Position numbers and translations under genes: made by a program | Notes under the pieces: generated by a model | The model's input: the letters and a program-made list of their open reading frames with translations, nothing else | The model's database searches: none | Told to the model about the DNA's origin: nothing | Assembly (NCBI RefSeq): GCF_018350175.1 | Contig: NC_058368.1 | Span: forward strand, 107,634,001 to 107,698,000 | Source: Felis catus | Taxonomy: Eukaryota | DNA: 64,000 bases | Direction: 5' to 3' | Shown: in pieces, positions 60,825-64,000 of the stretch | How the letters are laid out: each line of letters opens with the position of its first letter | Numbering within the stretch: position 1 is the first letter of the stretch

Positions 60825-63800
60825 TTTTTTTTAACGTTTTCTTTTTTGTAACTCCTGTATAGTTGACATGGAGTGCTATGTTAGTTTCACGCATACAAGA
60901 CAGTGATCCAACAGTATACAGTACTCAGTGTTCTTCATGATAAGTGTACTTTTAATTCCCATCACCTATTCCACCCATCCCCCTCACCCACCTCCTCTCT
61001 GGTAACTATCATTTTATTCCCTGTAGCTAAGCCTCTTTCTTCATTTGTCTCTCTCTCTTCTTTTCCTTTGCTCATTTGTTTTGTTTCTTAAATCCACATA
61101 TGAGTAAACTCATATGGTATTTGTCTTTCTCTTACTGATATAATTTGCTTAATGTTACTACGCCGTATAGCTCCATTCGTGTCCTTGCAAATGTCAAGAC
61201 TTAATTTTGTCTTATGAGTGAATAATATTCCATTCGATATAAGCACGTCTTTATCCATTTATCTATCGATAGACACTTAGGCTGCTTCTGTAATTTGGCT
61301 AATGTAAATAATGCTGCAGTAAACATAGGGGTGCATGTATCCCTTTGAATTAGTGTTTTTGTATTTTGGGGTAAATACCCAGTAGTGAAATTACTAGATC
61401 ATGGGGTAGTTCTATTTATGATATTTTAAGGAACCTTCATCTGTTTTCCAGAGTGACCGCACCAGTTTGCATTCCCACCAGCAGTGCATGAGTGTCCCTT
61501 TTTTCCCACATCCTCACCAACACCTGTTGTTTTGTCTGTTTTTGATTTTAGCCATTCTGACAGGTGTAAAGTGATATTTCATCCTAATTTTGACTTGAAT
61601 TTCCCTGATGGTGAGTGATGCTGAGCATCTTTTCATGTGTCTGTTGGCCATCTGGATGTCCTCTTTGGCAAAATGTCTTTTCAGGTCTTCTGTCCATTTT
61701 TTTATTGGATTATTTGATTTTTGGTGTTAAGTTGTATCATTTCTTCATATATTTTGGATACTTTATGTATTAGTATCCAAAATATATATAGATATGTCAT
61801 TTGTGAATGTCTTCTTCCATTCAGTAGGTTGCCTTTTAGTTTTGTTGGTTGTTTGATTTGCTGTGCAGAAGCCTTTTATTTTAATGTAGTCCCAATAGTT
61901 TATTTATTCACTTTTATTTCCTTTTCCTCAGGGGACCTATCTAAAAAAATGTTGCTATAGCCAATGTCAGAGAAATTGCTGTCTGTGCTCTCTTCTAGGA
62001 GAGAAGGTATTGGTTTCAGGTCTCACATTTAAGTCTCTAATTGATTTTGAGTTTCCTTTAGAGTATGGTGTAAGAAATTGGTCCAGTTTCATTCCTTCAC
62101 ATGTTGCTGTCCTGTTTTTCCAACACCGTTTTTTGAAGAGGTGGTCTTTTTCCTATTGGATATTACTTCCTCCTTTGTCAAAGACTGATTGACTGTATAA
62201 ATGTGGGTTTATTTCTGGGCTTTCTACTCTGTTCTATTGATCTATGTGTCTGTATGTAAATACTATATTGTTTTGGTGATTACAGATTTGTAATTTAACT
62301 TGAGGTCTGGAATTATGATACCTTTTGTTTTTCTATTTCAAGGACTGTATGGCTATTCAGCGTCTTTTGAGGTTCCATACAAATTTAAAATTATTCTAGT
62401 TCTGTGAAAAATGCTATTGGTATTTTGATAGGGATTGCATCAAATCTGTAGTTGCTTCAGTAGTATAGACATTTTAATAACATTTGTTCTTCAAATCCAC
62501 GAGCATGGAATGTCTTTCCATTTCTCTGTGTCCTCTTAAATTTCTTTCATAAGTGTTTCAGAGTACAGGTCTGTCACTTCTAAAGTTAAGTTTATTCCTA
62601 GATATTTTATTGTTTTTGTTGCAATTGTAAATGGCATTGTTTTCATTTTTTAATTTTTTTTAATGTTTATTTTTGAAAGAGAGACAGAGACAGAGTGTGA
62701 GCAGGGGAGGGGCAGGAGGAGAGGGAGACACAGAATCTGAAGCACACTCCAGGCTCCAAGCTGTCAGGACAGAGCCCAATGCAGGGATTGAAATCACTAA
62801 CCGTGAGATCATGACCTGAGCCCAAGTCAAATGCTTAACCAACTGAGCCACCCAGGCACCCTGGGATTGTTTTCTTAATTTCACTTTCTGCTGCTTCATT
62901 ATTGGTGTATAGGAATGCAACAGATTTCTGTATGTTGATTTTGTACCCTGCAGTTTTACTGAATTCATGTATCAGTTCTAGCAATTTTTTGGTGGAGTCT
63001 TGTGGGTTTTCTATATAGAGTATCATGTCATTGGCATATAGTGAGAGTTTTACTTCTTCCTTACCAATCTGGATGCCTTTCATTTCTTTGATTTCTCAGT
63101 TGACCTGTCCTTTGTTTAGTAGCATGTCATTTAGCCTCCATGTATGTGTGTTTTTTCTGGATTTTTTTCTTGTCGTTGATTTCTAATATAGCATTACGGT
63201 GAGAAAAGATGCATGGAATGACTTTGATCATTTTCAGTTTGTTGATACTTGGTTTGTGGCCTAATATGTGATCTCTTCTGGAGAGTGTACCATGTGCACT
63301 TGAAAAGAATGTGTATCCTGCTCTTTTAGGGTGGAATATTCTGAATATATCTGTTAAATCTGTGTGGTCCAGTGTGGCATTCAAAGCCACTGCTTCCTTG
63401 TTGACTTTCTGTTTGAATGATCTTATTACAATGAATTAATTTTTATATTTGTTATTAATTGTTTTATATATTTGGGTGCTCTCATATTGAATACATAAAT
63501 GTTTACAATAGTTATGTCTTCTTTTTGCATTGCCTCCTTTATTATTATATAATGTCCTTCTTTGTCTCTTATTACAGTCTATGTTTTAAAGTCTATTTTG
63601 TCTAATATTAGTATTGCTACCCTGGCTTTCTTTTGAGATCCATGTGCATGATAAAATGTTTCTCCATCTCTTCACTTTCAGTCTGCATGTATCATTAGGT
63701 CTGAAATGAGTCTCTAGTAGGCAAATATGATGGATCCATTTTTTAGTCCACTTGGTCACTTATCAATTGTAGCATTTAGTCCATTTACATTCAAAGTAAT

Positions 63801-64000
63801 TATTGACAGGTATGTATTTATTGCCATTTTATTATTGTTTTGCTGTTGTTTTTGTAGTTTTTCTCTGGTCCTTTCTTCTCTTACTCTTTTTCAGGGTTTC
63901 TTGGGTTTCTTTAGTGATACACTTGGATTCCTTTCTCTTTATTCTTTGCCTATTACTAGATTTTGGTTTGTGCTTACCATTAGGTTTATATGTAACATCT
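60825..64000 (-). mobile_element. Carnivore L1, runs off the window; ORF2 start at 63827 with ~1.24-kb internal deletion
   Basis: 3' UTR and poly(T) at left; endonuclease peptide (63127-63390) directly abuts RT peptide [22 protein letters not shown] (62835-63083). Confidence 0.96.
62646..62861 (-). mobile_element. CAN-SINE inserted in L1 ORF2
   Basis: TSD tgg(c/g)attgttttc. Confidence 0.96.

Noticed and set aside
1..64000. tRNA genes, CRISPR arrays, NUMTs, non-retroviral endogenous viruses
   Set aside because: tRNA-like A/B boxes are SINE heads; I saw no repeat-spacer arrays and no recognisable mitochondrial or viral coding sequence

Overview
Mammalian non-coding DNA from a carnivore, most likely a felid, judged by about 20 CAN-SINE/SINEC copies (including young cat-type ones) and carnivore/cat-type LINE-1. 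It is intronic or intergenic: I recognise no host protein-coding exon, tRNA, rRNA or snRNA gene. Nearly all listed ORFs are pieces of L1 ORF1/ORF2, SINE read-through or microsatellites. The right half (26-64 kb) is dominated by L1s: a decayed full-length cat-type L1 (minus strand, ~45.87-53.0 kb), two older L1s with almost the same ~1.24-kb ORF2 deletion, and two twin-primed inverted insertions. Solo LTRs, MIR, L2 and MER DNA transposons are scattered throughout. The most interesting signal is not apparent from the ORF track. Manual translation of the minus strand at ~10.4-11.8 kb gives colinear, heavily decayed remnants of a Ty3/Gypsy retrotransposon (PNMA-type capsid, zinc knuckle, protease, reverse transcriptase), downstream of a candidate LTR and primer-binding site. 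Family names are assigned from memory of consensus sequences, with no database search, and boundaries of old repeats are approximate.
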